Shown here: one piece after another, positions 1-9,795 of the stretch
Layout: the number at the start of each line of letters is the position of its first letter
How positions within the stretch are numbered: position 1 is the stretch's first letter
NCBI GenBank assembly: GCA_963732385.1
Contig: CAVSZB010000007.1
Location: 512,001-576,000, forward strand
DNA length: 64,000 bases
Reading direction: 5' to 3'
DNA from: an uncultured bacterium
GTDB lineage: Bacteria; Krumholzibacteriota; Krumholzibacteriia; LZORAL124-64-63
Position numbers and translations under genes: made by a program
The notes under the pieces: model-generated
Database searches by the model: none
Seen by the model: only the letters and a program-made list of their open reading frames with translations
Told to the model about the DNA's origin: nothing

Positions 1-1248
1 ACGCCAGATCCCGTCTACGACATCCAGCACATACAGCTTGCTCACTCCCGAACGGTCGGACGCGAACACGATATGGCGCCCGTCGGGGGCCCAACTCGGG
101 TCTTCGGCATGACGCCAGCTTGCATCGGTCAGCAACCGCCGGTTCTCGCCCGAGGCCGCCAGGAGCACCAGGAACGTGTGCGCTCCCGTCCGGGTCACAT
201 AGACAATCTGTTCCCCGTTCGGCGACCACATCCCGGAGTCGTTGTAGTCCCCCTCGAAAGTCAGGCGGTTGCGCCCTGCCCCGTCACCATCCATGACATA
301 TAGCTGAGGTGAGCCGGTCCTGTCACTCGTAAAAACGATGTCGCGACCGTTGGGGGACCAGTCCGGGCTGATCTCGATGGCCGGAGAAACGGTCAGCCGG
401 CGCACGATATGACCCGTCAGATCGATGCGATAGATCTCGGGATTACCGTCCTTGGACAGCGAGAGCAGGAGCTCCTCGCCCCCGGGACGCCAGACCGGGC
501 CGAGATTGAGGCCGGCCGTGGCGATCACCTGCCGGACCCTGCCGGTGGCGGTGTCCAGGAGATAGACCCCCTGCTGTCCGTTGCTGTAGGAAGTGAAGGC
601 GATCCGGCCGCCGTCCGGCGACCAGCTCGGGCAGAGATTGAGCGTGCGATTGGAGGTCAGGCGCGTCAGGTTCTCGCCATCGTAGTCGACCACCCAGAGA
701 TCGCGCCGGTCGGCCCGTCCCCGGGAGAAGACGATCCGGGACAGGCCGATTCCCGGTTCCCCGGTCAGCAACTGCACGACCTGATCCACGAAATGGTGCG
801 CGGTCGCGCGCAACTGGTCGCGGGTCGGGGCATAGCGTTTGCCCAGCACCAGTTCGCGCCCCGGCAGGGTCTGCAGGCGAAGCGTCAGGGCCGGCGCCGC
901 ACCGCCGCCACGGACCGGCGGATCGCCCTCCAGTTCGCCCGTGATCACGAAACTCGGCGGGAAGGAATCCGGTGCGGCACCGGCCAGCTGTCCGCTCACC
1001 CGGAAGTAGCCACTGTTTTGCAGGTCGGCCACGATGATCCGACCCACGAGAGAGGCCCCCTCCCCCGCGACCGCGCCGCCGGCCGCCTCGATCGACTCGA
1101 CCCGGATATCCAGCTTCCGCCCGGCCGACTGCTCGGCTCGCAGCACCACATCGGGGCGGGGCGCCCCCTGGGCCGTGGTGGCGAGCAGCAGGACCAGGAG
1201 TCCCGCCGCCCGGGCCGGGCATTGCTTCAGAAGGATCTTTCGTGGCAT
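1..1248 (-). CDS. tolB: Tol-Pal beta-propeller protein TolB (3' end runs off the window)
   Basis: Not in the ORF track. Manual translation from ATG 1248 gives MPRKILLKQCPARAAGLLVLLLATTAQG (signal-like), then IIVADLQNSGYF and PD40-type repeats (SPSWSPDG, GPVWRPGG, SPDWSPNG). Start overlaps the upstream TAA; follows tolQ-tolR-tolA. Confidence 0.9.
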   Translation of the reverse strand, partial: MPRKILLKQCPARAAGLLVLLLATTAQGAPRPDVVLRAEQSAGRKLDIRVESIEAAGGAVAGEGASLVGRIIVADLQNSGYFRVSGQLAGAAPDSFPPSFVITGELEGDPPVRGGGAAPALTLRLQTLPGRELVLGKRYAPTRDQLRATAHHFVDQVVQLLTGEPGIGLSRIVFSRGRADRRDLWVVDYDGENLTRLTSNRTLNLCPSWSPDGGRIAFTSYSNGQQGVYLLDTATGRVRQVIATAGLNLGPVWRPGGEELLLSLSKDGNPEIYRIDLTGHIVRRLTVSPAIEISPDWSPNGRDIVFTSDRTGSPQLYVMDGDGAGRNRLTFEGDYNDSGMWSPNGEQIVYVTRTGAHTFLVLLAASGENRRLLTDASWRHAEDPSWAPDGRHIVFASDRSGVSKLYVLDVVDGIWR

Positions 1249-1955
1249 TACGGTTCCGCCCGGAGGGTGAAGATGAAACTGACGCCGAGGCTGCGCGCTC
1301 CGAAACCGCGCGGCAGCGGGGGCAGCGGGTTGGCGGCGGTCACCGCGCGCAAAGCCTCGCGATCGTAGAGCGCAACTCCGGAAGTCTCCCCCACGGTCGC
1401 CTCCGCGATGGCGCCATTCTCCTGGATAACGAAGTGCACGACGCAGCCACGCGCGGCCTGCCCGCCGAATCCCATCTGGGTCGGGTTCCAGTTGCGGCTG
1501 ATGTGGCCCTCCACGAGGGTCAGGTACCAGGCGAACGGGAACGGCTGGTCGGTGCCGCCCGTGGTGGCGCCGGTGCCGAGGCCCCCGGTTCCCGCCGTAC
1601 CGCCGGGCGCGGGCGCAGGCGCCTTATCCAGCGGTCGATCCGGCGCCAGCCCCTTCGCCACCGGGCGCGCCATATTCTTCGCGGCTTTCTGCGCCGGCTT
1701 CTTTTCCGCCGCCGGCAGGCGCCGGGTTCCGGGCTGCGGCTTCGGCGGCGCCGCCGGCTCGTTCCGAGTGGGCGCCACGAGCGGAGACGACGCGCGCGAC
1801 GGCGTGCCGCGCGAACCGGGCGGCACACCGCCGATCCTCACCCTGATGGCGGATCGCGGTTCGGGACGAGGCGGCGTCACCGACCCGCCGAACGTCGCCA
1901 GCGCCGCCAACAGTGCGACGTGTCCGGCCAGGGACCACGGCAGGGAACGCAGCAC
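1248..1955 (-). CDS. TolA/TonB-family energy transducer
   Basis: N-terminal TM with SLAGH (SxxxH) motif, Pro/Lys/Ala-rich linker, TonB C-terminal domain (HISRNWNP...TSGVALYDREALRAV...PLPPLP). Position before tolB implies a TolA role. Confidence 0.85.
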   Translation of the reverse strand: MLRSLPWSLAGHVALLAALATFGGSVTPPRPEPRSAIRVRIGGVPPGSRGTPSRASSPLVAPTRNEPAAPPKPQPGTRRLPAAEKKPAQKAAKNMARPVAKGLAPDRPLDKAPAPAPGGTAGTGGLGTGATTGGTDQPFPFAWYLTLVEGHISRNWNPTQMGFGGQAARGCVVHFVIQENGAIAEATVGETSGVALYDREALRAVTAANPLPPLPRGFGARSLGVSFIFTLRAEP

Positions 1956-1959
1956 GTCG

Positions 1960-2358
1960 TCAATCCTCCTGCCGCGCCATCAGGCTCAGGTTGGTGAACC
2001 CCTGCTTCTCGATCGCCGCCATCACCTTCAGCACGAAACCGTAGGGCAGTTCCTCGTCCGCCCGCAGGTAGATCGGCACCTGGTCCTTGCGCGGCAGCAG
2101 CGGGGCAAGCCGCGCGCCCAGTTCAGGCAGCGTGACCGCCTGGTCATCGACGAAGATCTGGCGGTTCGCCGTCAGGGCGATCACCGGTCCCTCCTCGATG
2201 ATGACTTCGCGCGTCGCCGCTTCGGGCAGTTTGACTTCCACGCCTCCCTGGATGTACGGCGCGGTGAGCATGAAGATGATGAGCAGGCACATCATCACGT
2301 CCACCAACGACGTGATGTTGATCTCCGAGAGGCTGCGATAACCGCGCCGCCTGCTCAC
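1960..2358 (-). CDS. tolR: TolR/ExbD biopolymer transport protein
   Basis: SEINITSLVDVMMCLLIIFM and YLRADEELPYG motifs; GTG start overlaps the tolQ stop (GTGA). Confidence 0.9.
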   Translation of the reverse strand: MSRRRGYRSLSEINITSLVDVMMCLLIIFMLTAPYIQGGVEVKLPEAATREVIIEEGPVIALTANRQIFVDDQAVTLPELGARLAPLLPRKDQVPIYLRADEELPYGFVLKVMAAIEKQGFTNLSLMARQED

Positions 2359-3077
2359 CGGATCCGCTCCTTCTCGTGTGCGTCGGGACGACGGGGCTCC
2401 GCCGTCACCGCGATCGCCGGCGTCAGACCGGCCACGCGCTCCTCGCACAGGGTGCGCAGGCGCTCCATTTCGTTGGTGACCAGATCAATCTTGCGCACGA
2501 ACAGGTTGTAGAAGACCACAGCCGGGATGGCGGTGGAGAGGCCGGCCACGGTCGTGACAAGGGCCTCCGCGATCCCCGGCGCCACGACCAGAAGATTCGC
2601 GCTGCGCATCGACGCCATCTCCCAGAAGGCGGTCATGATGCCCCAGACGGTACCGATCAGTCCGAGAAAGGGCGCGATCGTCACCGCGGTGGAGAGCAGC
2701 ATCAGGTAACGTTCGAGCGTCTCGACCTGTGCGTAGAGCGCCCGCTCGGCGGCGCGCCGGACCGCCGGTATGGAGCCGGCCCCCTCGATCTCGAGCGCCA
2801 TCGCGGTCAGCGGCAAGCCCGGGTGGGCCTGGCACCAGCGCCGGAACTCCTCCCTGCCGAGCCGTCCCTCCAACCAGGCCTCGCAGACCGGCCAGAAGAG
2901 GGCATGCCCGCGGCGGATGCGCAGCAGCAGACGCGCCTTCTCGATCATGACCGCCCACGACAGCAGCGACAAAAGGAGCAGGGTGAGCATCACCAGTTTG
3001 CCGAAGAATGTGGACTTGCCAATGAGATGCAAGGCATCGCCGGCCGAGAAGACAGCCAGGAATCCGGGGGGGGTCAT
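2355..3077 (-). CDS. tolQ: TolQ/ExbB (MotA-family) proton channel
   Basis: IAPFLGLIGTVWGIM and VAPGIAEALVTTVAGL signatures. Confidence 0.92.
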   Translation of the reverse strand: MTPPGFLAVFSAGDALHLIGKSTFFGKLVMLTLLLLSLLSWAVMIEKARLLLRIRRGHALFWPVCEAWLEGRLGREEFRRWCQAHPGLPLTAMALEIEGAGSIPAVRRAAERALYAQVETLERYLMLLSTAVTIAPFLGLIGTVWGIMTAFWEMASMRSANLLVVAPGIAEALVTTVAGLSTAIPAVVFYNLFVRKIDLVTNEMERLRTLCEERVAGLTPAIAVTAEPRRPDAHEKERIR

Positions 3078-3161
3078 GCAGGATCCTTCCTGCCGGCGCC
3101 CGGGCAGCCCGCGCCGGTCATCGCCGCTCCGTCAGTCATCCGCGAGCCGCCACCGGCGTGC

Positions 3162-3539
3162 TCAGGCGCCGCCGCGGAAATAGTCGTCCTCGAAGACCCG
3201 CTGAAAATCGAAGCGACTCTCGAAATCGGCCAGGCTGTCTTCGGGCGTCTTGCGCAGAAGGTCTGCTTCGACAAGATCGAAGACGATGTGCCCGAAATCG
3301 ATCGTGGCGGTAACTCCCCACGCATTGAGAACATCCTTCGCCATGGGGCCGAACCGCTCGTGAGCCAGCTCGCGGATCCCCTCCAGCAGTTCGGCGCCCG
3401 AGATGTGCCGGCGCTCGCCGGACAGAGCAAGCGTGCGCCCGAGCGCCTCCCACACGAAATGGTACGCTTCCGCCCGAAAGCGTCCGCCGGCGGCGGCCGC
3501 CGCCTCGATCCTGCCGCTCAGTTCGACCTCTTCCGACAT
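3162..3539 (-). CDS. Minf_1886-family conserved protein
   Basis: AYHFVWEAL...HISGAELLEG...FGPMAKDVLNAWGV...DFGHIVFDLV pattern recalled for this family; GGAGG RBS before ATG 3539. Confidence 0.7.
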   Translation of the reverse strand: MSEEVELSGRIEAAAAAGGRFRAEAYHFVWEALGRTLALSGERRHISGAELLEGIRELAHERFGPMAKDVLNAWGVTATIDFGHIVFDLVEADLLRKTPEDSLADFESRFDFQRVFEDDYFRGGA

Positions 3540-3575
3540 GCTGCGATCCTCCGCGGTGAGCATTCCCTCCCTACC

Positions 3576-3603
3576 ATTGTAGGAGAGGGACGCGCTGTGT
3601 CAA
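3576..3603 (-). promoter_or_regulatory. sigma-70-type promoter for Minf_1886-tolQRAB
   Basis: TTGACA (3603-3598) - 16 nt - TACAAT (3581-3576); the -35 box overlaps the bshA stop codon. Confidence 0.7.
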
Positions 3604-4754
3604 CGTCGCGTCGTGATTGGAGGCGCCGCACCGAGGACCCGATCGTAGAGGGCCAGATAGCGTTTCAGCACGCAGCGCTCGCCAAACCGCTCCACCGCGT
3701 CCCTCCGGGCCTCCTCCGCCACCTGCTGGTGGAGCCCCGGATCGCCGAGCAGGCGGAGCGCGATGGCGGCCATGCCATCGAAATCGTCGGGATCGCGCAG
3801 GTAGCTGTTGTGTCCGTCGTCGATGAACTCGCCGGTGCCTCCGCGGTTCGTGGCGATGACCGGCGTGCCGCACGACATCGCTTCCAGGGCGGCCAGACCG
3901 AACGATTCGTGTCGCGACGGCAGCAGCATCACGTCGCCAGCCGCCAGGATCGGCGCGACATGTTCGACCTGGCCGAGACACTGTACGCGATCGGCTACCC
4001 CGAGCCGCGCGGCCAGTTCGCGCGCCACCGGAAGTTCGGGACCGTCACCGATCAGGAGCAGTCGCGACGGCAGGCGCGCCGTGACGCGCGCGAAGACTTC
4101 GACCACTGCCGCCACGTTCTTGACCGGCCGGAAATTGGAAGCGTGGATCAGCAGCTTCTCGGCCGGAACGGCGAAACTTCCACGCAGCCGCTCGTCTTGC
4201 CGGGGCCGGAACAGGCGGGTATCGACGAAATTCGGGATGACCTCGATCGGGCAGTCGACACCGAACACACGCACGGTTTCGTCGCGCAGAAAGGCGCTCA
4301 CCGCCGTGACGGCATCGCTGCGCTGGATCACGAACCGGGTGATCGGCAGGAACGACGGCTCCTGTCCGACCAGCGTCACGTCGGTCCCGTGCAGAGTGGT
4401 GATAATCTTCACCCGTCCGCCGAGCAACTCCCGCGCGAGGAAGGCGCTGGCCGCGTGAGGAATGGCATAGTGCACGTGCAGGATGTCGAGTCCGTGGCGC
4501 GTGGCGACCTCACTCATCATCGTCGCCAGGGCGAGAGTGTAGGGATCGCCCTGGAAAACCGGGTAGGAGAAGGGATCGACCTCATGGAAGAAGATATTGC
4601 GGTCATAGCGGCGCAGTCGCCACGGCAGAGCGCGGGTGATGAAATGCACCTCGTACCCGCTGCGGGCCAGGTTGACGCCCAGTTCGCTGGCGATGACGCC
4701 GCTGCCGCCGGCCGACGGGAAGCAGGTGATGCCGATCACCGGCAGGCGGGTCAC
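3600..4754 (-). CDS. bshA: N-acetyl-alpha-D-glucosaminyl L-malate synthase (GT4)
   Basis: IGITCFPSAGGSG, LHVHYAIPHA, TTLHGTD, HASNFRPVKN and ESFGLAALEAM motifs; GTG start overlaps the bshB1 stop. Confidence 0.93.
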   Translation of the reverse strand: MTRLPVIGITCFPSAGGSGVIASELGVNLARSGYEVHFITRALPWRLRRYDRNIFFHEVDPFSYPVFQGDPYTLALATMMSEVATRHGLDILHVHYAIPHAASAFLARELLGGRVKIITTLHGTDVTLVGQEPSFLPITRFVIQRSDAVTAVSAFLRDETVRVFGVDCPIEVIPNFVDTRLFRPRQDERLRGSFAVPAEKLLIHASNFRPVKNVAAVVEVFARVTARLPSRLLLIGDGPELPVARELAARLGVADRVQCLGQVEHVAPILAAGDVMLLPSRHESFGLAALEAMSCGTPVIATNRGGTGEFIDDGHNSYLRDPDDFDGMAAIALRLLGDPGLHQQVAEEARRDAVERFGERCVLKRYLALYDRVLGAAPPITTRR

Positions 4755-5512
4755 GTCCAGCGCTCCTGCGGCAGATCGGCGAGGACCGGGGCCGCGGTCG
4801 TACGCAGCGCCTCCGCGCGCGCGACTCCGGCCAGGAAGCCCCAGCGCAGCGACCATCGCTCCACCTCGTCGAGAAAGGCGCGATCGTTGATCAGGGTGCG
4901 ACGGCGTCCCTCCGCGGCAAGGAACTGGCTGCCATAGCAGGCCAGAGCGGCCAGTTTGGCTGCCCAGGACGTCGAGACGTCGAACAGCAGGCCGGGCTGC
5001 TGCCCGGGGGGGCAGACTTCGAACACTGCTTCGCAACGCCACGGCTCCGCCGGGTCGCCGGCAGGCCAGGCGTCCCGCCAGGCGCGCCCGGCCGGGACCT
5101 CCGGACGATAGGCCGCCAGATGCGCGAGGAACGCCGCGCTCGCCACCAGGCGCGGCGTGGCCAGATGGTCGGGGTGCCGCACCGGCGCCGGGGCGGTCAC
5201 GACCCAGCGCGGGCGCAACATCCGGATCACGGCCACGGTTGCCGCGATCTGACTCGGATCTTCCGGGGAGATGAAACCGTCCGGGAGCTCGAGCTGCAGG
5301 CGTCCGTCCAGGCCGAGCAGGGCGGACGCGCGCGCCGCCTCCGCCCACCGTTCGTCCGGTGTCCCGTTCGAACCGAGTTCGCCCCGCGTCAAATCGGCCA
5401 CCCACACCCGACGCCCACGATCGGCCAGCAGGCGCAGGGTCGCGCCGAGACCGATCTCCGCGTCATCCGTGTGCGGCGCCAGACAGAGAAGATCAACGCC
5501 CGCGCTGGTCAT
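4751..5512 (-). CDS. bshB1: Bacillithiol biosynthesis deacetylase (PIG-L family)
   Basis: APHTDDAEIG, DLTRGELG, RHPDH and YGSQF motifs; lies between bshC and bshA. Confidence 0.88.
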   Translation of the reverse strand: MTSAGVDLLCLAPHTDDAEIGLGATLRLLADRGRRVWVADLTRGELGSNGTPDERWAEAARASALLGLDGRLQLELPDGFISPEDPSQIAATVAVIRMLRPRWVVTAPAPVRHPDHLATPRLVASAAFLAHLAAYRPEVPAGRAWRDAWPAGDPAEPWRCEAVFEVCPPGQQPGLLFDVSTSWAAKLAALACYGSQFLAAEGRRRTLINDRAFLDEVERWSLRWGFLAGVARAEALRTTAAPVLADLPQERWT

Positions 5513-5543
5513 GCCCAGCCTCCCCCTGCCCGGATACTTTTGC

Positions 5544-7094
5544 TCATTCGGGAGCGGGCACCGGCAGCACGAACTCGCTCCAGCGATCCCGCTCCCCCTC
5601 TGCGAAGTGCTGCCGCGCCGCATCGCGCGCCTGGGCGACGAACGGCTCGCCCCAGAGCGCGGTCGCGCCATGCAGCGCAAGCGTGCGCTCCTGACGCCGT
5701 CCGAGGGGCCGTACCCACGGCGGCATCCCGACCGTCGGCCCGCGCACGGCTGCAGCTTCGCGGGTCAGCAGCCGGGCGGCGCCGTTCCGCCAGCGGGCGG
5801 TTTCCCGGGCCGCCAGCAGAGCAGCCCTGTCCGGCTCCAGACCGGCCCTCTGCAGCGCCGCCGCCAACGCCACAGCCGCTTCTGCGACCAGTGATGTCGC
5901 CAGCGCCGGCCAATCCGTTGTCTCCTGCCTGGTGGCGCCGCCAGGCCCAGGTTCGCCGCTCGATCCCGCTGGAACGGCCCCGGCGAACAGGCGGGGCAGC
6001 AACGGCGCGCGGGCCAGGCCCACCTCGTCGTAAACTCCCTGCATTTGAACAAGATAAGCCAATTCTCCCGGGCCGACCACCACTCCCGAGGGGCGGAAGA
6101 GCCAATCCTGGACCAGCGAACGCAACAGCACGCCGGGCCGCAGCATGGCGGCCGCCGGCGGAGCAGCGGCGCCAGCCATCTCCGCCGACAGCGTCAACCG
6201 CCGTCCCTCCCTGGCCAGATGGAGCGGGCGGACTAGGCTCCCCTCCCCCAGCTGGGCGTGGAAGCCGTCCGCTACGAGCAATTCACCCGCGGTTCGCGCA
6301 ATCCCCGCCAGCGCCTCACGCCGCGGCCAAAGCGCGGCATGGAACGGCGCCGCGACCGCGTGCAGCTGCGCGTCATCCCCCGACACGGCGAGCAGTCCGG
6401 TCCCCGCGAACAGGCGCAGCAGCGCCCGCCGCTGCAGACGTCCCCAACCCAGGCCCTCCTGCCGACCCCGGCTCCAGATCGCCGCCAGTTCCGCCGCCAG
6501 CCCGCCCCCCGCCTCCCGGCTCACCAGCCAGGCCGCCTCGGCCCCGCTCCACGCCGACGCCGACGATGCCCCGACCATCTGGTCGGCGGGACCATCCGGC
6601 GGCGTGGCGCGCAGCAACACCCCGCGCGCCGGATCCCAGAGCCACGGCGCGAACGCCTCCAACCGGTCGTCATCGTCATCGCCGAACCAGAATAGCGGCA
6701 CGGTCGGACAGCCGGCCGCCGAGCGCGCGGCGGCCGCCGCCACGGCCGCGGCCGCCTTGTACAACGTGTAGAGCGGACCGCCGAGGAAGCCGGGCTGCTG
6801 GCCGGTGATGACCACGTCCGCCTCGCCGGCCGCAAGGCGCGCCACGTGGGCGGCGCACATACGCCGGCTGGGGTCATCTGGCTGGTCCGCGAGGAGCTCC
6901 CGCAGCCAGCGTTCGCGCCAGGCCGCCGCGCCCCACGCCGGCGCGGGGGCGGCGGCCGGCGGGGGGGCGTGCAGGAATCGGAGCCATTCGTCCCGCGCGG
7001 CCGGCCGGCCGGCACGACCGCCGAGCCAGGCGCGAAAGAGGGGGCTCAGTTCGCCGTCGTTGACCAACGGTCCGCCGCACACCGGAAGGTTCAC
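5544..7094 (-). CDS. bshC: Bacillithiol cysteine-adding enzyme BshC
   Basis: VITGQQPGFLGGPLYTLYKA, RPGVLLRSLVQD, GPGELAY and C-terminal QER motifs. Confidence 0.85.
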   Translation of the reverse strand: MNLPVCGGPLVNDGELSPLFRAWLGGRAGRPAARDEWLRFLHAPPPAAAPAPAWGAAAWRERWLRELLADQPDDPSRRMCAAHVARLAAGEADVVITGQQPGFLGGPLYTLYKAAAAVAAAAARSAAGCPTVPLFWFGDDDDDRLEAFAPWLWDPARGVLLRATPPDGPADQMVGASSASAWSGAEAAWLVSREAGGGLAAELAAIWSRGRQEGLGWGRLQRRALLRLFAGTGLLAVSGDDAQLHAVAAPFHAALWPRREALAGIARTAGELLVADGFHAQLGEGSLVRPLHLAREGRRLTLSAEMAGAAAPPAAAMLRPGVLLRSLVQDWLFRPSGVVVGPGELAYLVQMQGVYDEVGLARAPLLPRLFAGAVPAGSSGEPGPGGATRQETTDWPALATSLVAEAAVALAAALQRAGLEPDRAALLAARETARWRNGAARLLTREAAAVRGPTVGMPPWVRPLGRRQERTLALHGATALWGEPFVAQARDAARQHFAEGERDRWSEFVLPVPAPE

Positions 7095-7876
7095 GACCGC
7101 TCCTCCCGCCGATAGGCCAGCAGCCAGCGGGGGGCCTCAGGGGAGTTGAACGCTTCGCCGGCGTACCCGCCAGCCTCCCCCACCCGCCACAATCCGTGCG
7201 GGGCGGCCAGCGCGTCGAGCTCGGCCGGTTCGAACAGGGCGACTTCCTCCCTGTAGGCGAGTCCCCCGGCCGACACGCCGAGCGCCGCCGCCTCGGCCGC
7301 GCATCCCGGGCGCGGCCGCACGACCACCTGCTTCACGACGCGATCAGCAACCACGAAGCGCGACTCGCCCACGGCCAGCGGGCCGCTGTCCCGCCAGCGC
7401 GTCGTCGCATCGCCCACCGTCAGATCGCGCCGCACTGCCGCGCAGTTGAGGTAGTCCAGGTACCAGTGCCCACCCGGCCGCAAGACGCGTGCAATTTCGC
7501 CCACCACCGCCCCGTGCGCCGCAAGCGGTCCGAAATACCCGAACGCGGTAAAAAGCGAAGCCACTGCAGTGAAGATCCGGTCATCCAGCGGCAACTGCCG
7601 CATGTCGCCTCTTAAGAGCACGGCCCCCGCGGCAGCGGCCGTCCCGCGCGCCTCCGTCAACAGAGTCTTCGACAGGTCGAGGCCGACAACCTGCCGCCCC
7701 CCCTGCGCCAGGAACGGCAGGTGTCTCCCCGCGCCACAGCCGAGGTCCAGACACGCACCCGCGCCCAGTGGAGCGAGCCGCGCGATCGCCGCAACAGCCA
7801 CGCCCGCCTCGGCCACGTCGCGATGGGCGTACATCAACGGGTAATGCGCGCCGAAAGCGGTCTCGAACCAGTTCAT
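7091..7876 (-). CDS. Class I SAM-dependent methyltransferase (candidate bacillithiol N-methyltransferase)
   Basis: LDLGCGAGRH motif I, GDMRQLP, SLFTAFGYF; 4-nt overlaps with both nadB and bshC. Confidence 0.85.
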   Translation of the reverse strand: MNWFETAFGAHYPLMYAHRDVAEAGVAVAAIARLAPLGAGACLDLGCGAGRHLPFLAQGGRQVVGLDLSKTLLTEARGTAAAAGAVLLRGDMRQLPLDDRIFTAVASLFTAFGYFGPLAAHGAVVGEIARVLRPGGHWYLDYLNCAAVRRDLTVGDATTRWRDSGPLAVGESRFVVADRVVKQVVVRPRPGCAAEAAALGVSAGGLAYREEVALFEPAELDALAAPHGLWRVGEAGGYAGEAFNSPEAPRWLLAYRREERS

Positions 7877-9534
7877 GTGCCGTCCACGGGATCGAGCGCG
7901 AGCGGGCGCAGGCGACGACCCCGTCCGATCAGCGTGTCGCGCGCCGGGCCGGGCGCCTTGCCGGGATGGTCGACGGTCCAGTGCAGGCCACGGCTTTCGT
8001 GCCGGGCGCGCGCGCAGAGGACGATCATCTCGGCCACCAGGGCGATGTTGCGCAGTTCGACCAGGTCGGGGCTGATGCAGGATGCGCGGTACACCTCCTC
8101 GACCGTGCGTCGGATGTCGCGCACACGGCTGAGCGCGATGTCCAGACGCTTGCGGTTGCGCACGATGCCCACGTAGTCCCACATCACACGGCGCACGGTG
8201 TCCCAGTCATGGTCGAGCACGACATGCTCCGGCCCGTGGTCGTGGGCGGACGGCCGATCGTCGCGAGGCACGGGCGGCGCCTCCTCCACGGCGAACCGGC
8301 GCGGTTCCGCCGCGGCCGCGGCGGCGGCAGTCTCCGCGAAGAAGACCGCCTCGAGCAGCGAATTGCTGGCCAGCCGGTTGGCGCCGTGCACGCCGGTGCA
8401 GGCCACCTCTCCGATCGCGTAGAGGCCGGGCAGGTTCGTGCGCCCCTGCAGGTCGGTGCGCACCCCCCCGCACATGTAGTGGGCCGCCGGCACCACCGGC
8501 ACCGGCTCGCCCGCCATGTCGATGCCGAAGCGGGCACAGGTGGCGACGAGATTGGGAAAGCGTGCTTCCACCCGCGCGCGGTCGAGCGGGCGCAGGTCGA
8601 GAAACACGCACTTCGCGCCGGAAGATTTCATCTCCTGATCGATCGAGCGCGCCACGACGTCGCGCGGCGCCAACTCCCGCTGCGGGTGGTAGCGGCCCAT
8701 GAACCGCTCGCCCAGTGCGTTGATCAGCACGGCGCCTTCGCCGCGCACCGCTTCGGAGATCAGGAAGCTCTTGGCGTCGGGATGGTACAGGCAGGTGGGA
8801 TGGAACTGCACGAACTCGAGATTCCCCAGGGTCGCGCCGGCGCGGCACGCCATGGCCAGTCCGTCCCCCGTGGCGATGTCGGGGTTGGACGTGTAGGAGT
8901 AGACCTTCCCGCAGCCCCCGGTGGCGAGCACAACCACGTCGGCGAGGCAGGCGCGACGGGTCAGGGTCAGATGATCGAGAATCCAGCAGCCGACGATGCG
9001 CTGCGCCTCCGCCCCCGCGAGTCCGAGAGCCCGGCCGTGAATCAGATCGAGCCCGAGGTGGTTCTCGTCGAGCCGGATGTCGGGATGCCTCTGGCAGGCC
9101 GCCAGCAGCCGCGCCTCGATTTCCCGTCCGGTCAGATCTTTCGAGTGGACGATACGGGAATGCGAGTGGCCCCCCTCGCGGCCGAGAGCGAACGGGGCGT
9201 CGGCCCTGTCCCCCTGGCGGCTGAAATCGCAGCCCACCGCCAGCAGTCGCGCGATCAGGCGCGGCGCGGCCTCCACCATCGACCGCACCACCGGTTCCCG
9301 GCAGAGTCCATCGCCGGCCGTGAGGGTATCGAGGACATGGGAGGCGAAATCATCCAGCGGCGACAACACCGCGGCGATCCCACCCTGCGCATAATTGGTG
9401 TTGCTCTCATTGGATTCCTTCTTGGTGGCGATGCGGACCGTGCCGTGCGCAGCCGCCAGCAGCGCGAACTGCAGGCCGGCGATGCCGGAGCCGAGGACCA
9501 GGAAGCGGCTGTGCAACGGGTCGTCGACGGTCAT
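7873..9534 (-). CDS. nadB: L-aspartate oxidase
   Basis: GSGIAGL, SNTNYAQGGIA, REGGHS, QFHPT, PAAHYMCGG and HGANRLASNSLLE motifs. Confidence 0.96.
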   Translation of the reverse strand: MTVDDPLHSRFLVLGSGIAGLQFALLAAAHGTVRIATKKESNESNTNYAQGGIAAVLSPLDDFASHVLDTLTAGDGLCREPVVRSMVEAAPRLIARLLAVGCDFSRQGDRADAPFALGREGGHSHSRIVHSKDLTGREIEARLLAACQRHPDIRLDENHLGLDLIHGRALGLAGAEAQRIVGCWILDHLTLTRRACLADVVVLATGGCGKVYSYTSNPDIATGDGLAMACRAGATLGNLEFVQFHPTCLYHPDAKSFLISEAVRGEGAVLINALGERFMGRYHPQRELAPRDVVARSIDQEMKSSGAKCVFLDLRPLDRARVEARFPNLVATCARFGIDMAGEPVPVVPAAHYMCGGVRTDLQGRTNLPGLYAIGEVACTGVHGANRLASNSLLEAVFFAETAAAAAAAEPRRFAVEEAPPVPRDDRPSAHDHGPEHVVLDHDWDTVRRVMWDYVGIVRNRKRLDIALSRVRDIRRTVEEVYRASCISPDLVELRNIALVAEMIVLCARARHESRGLHWTVDHPGKAPGPARDTLIGRGRRLRPLALDPVDGT

Positions 9535-9583
9535 GATCGCATCCCCCCCCCGCGAGCGGCCACCGGCCACCCGCGGCCGGCCC

Positions 9584-9613
9584 AATATAGGCCGTCCCGA
9601 CCGGGCGCTGCAA
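9584..9613 (-). promoter_or_regulatory. Candidate sigma-70 promoter for nadB-bsh operon
   Basis: TTGCAG (9613-9608) - 18 nt - TATATT (9589-9584) in intergenic DNA. Confidence 0.4.
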
Positions 9614-9693
9614 TCATGCCGGCGGTGCAATTGCGATTTGCCCGCCCGGCTGCCGTGCGGACGGGGCCCCCGCGGCAGAGGGCCACAATAAGG

Positions 9694-9721
9694 CTCAAGC
9701 CGCAGCCCCGGCGCGCGATCT
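9694..9721 (+). promoter_or_regulatory. sigma-28-like promoter motif upstream of lipoprotein gene
   Basis: CTCAAG-N14-CGCGATCT; same motif and spacing as at 22331-22358 and 51678-51705. Confidence 0.5.
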
Positions 9722-9795
9722 ATGATGGCACATGGATTGCAGCCCGGCGACCGGCCGATTGAACGGCCCTTGCCGGATTCCCACCGCGAGGAGGC

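Noticed and set aside
443..1222. Minus-strand 259-aa ORF in the track
   Set aside because: Wrong frame; the TolB motifs are in the frame starting at ATG 1248.
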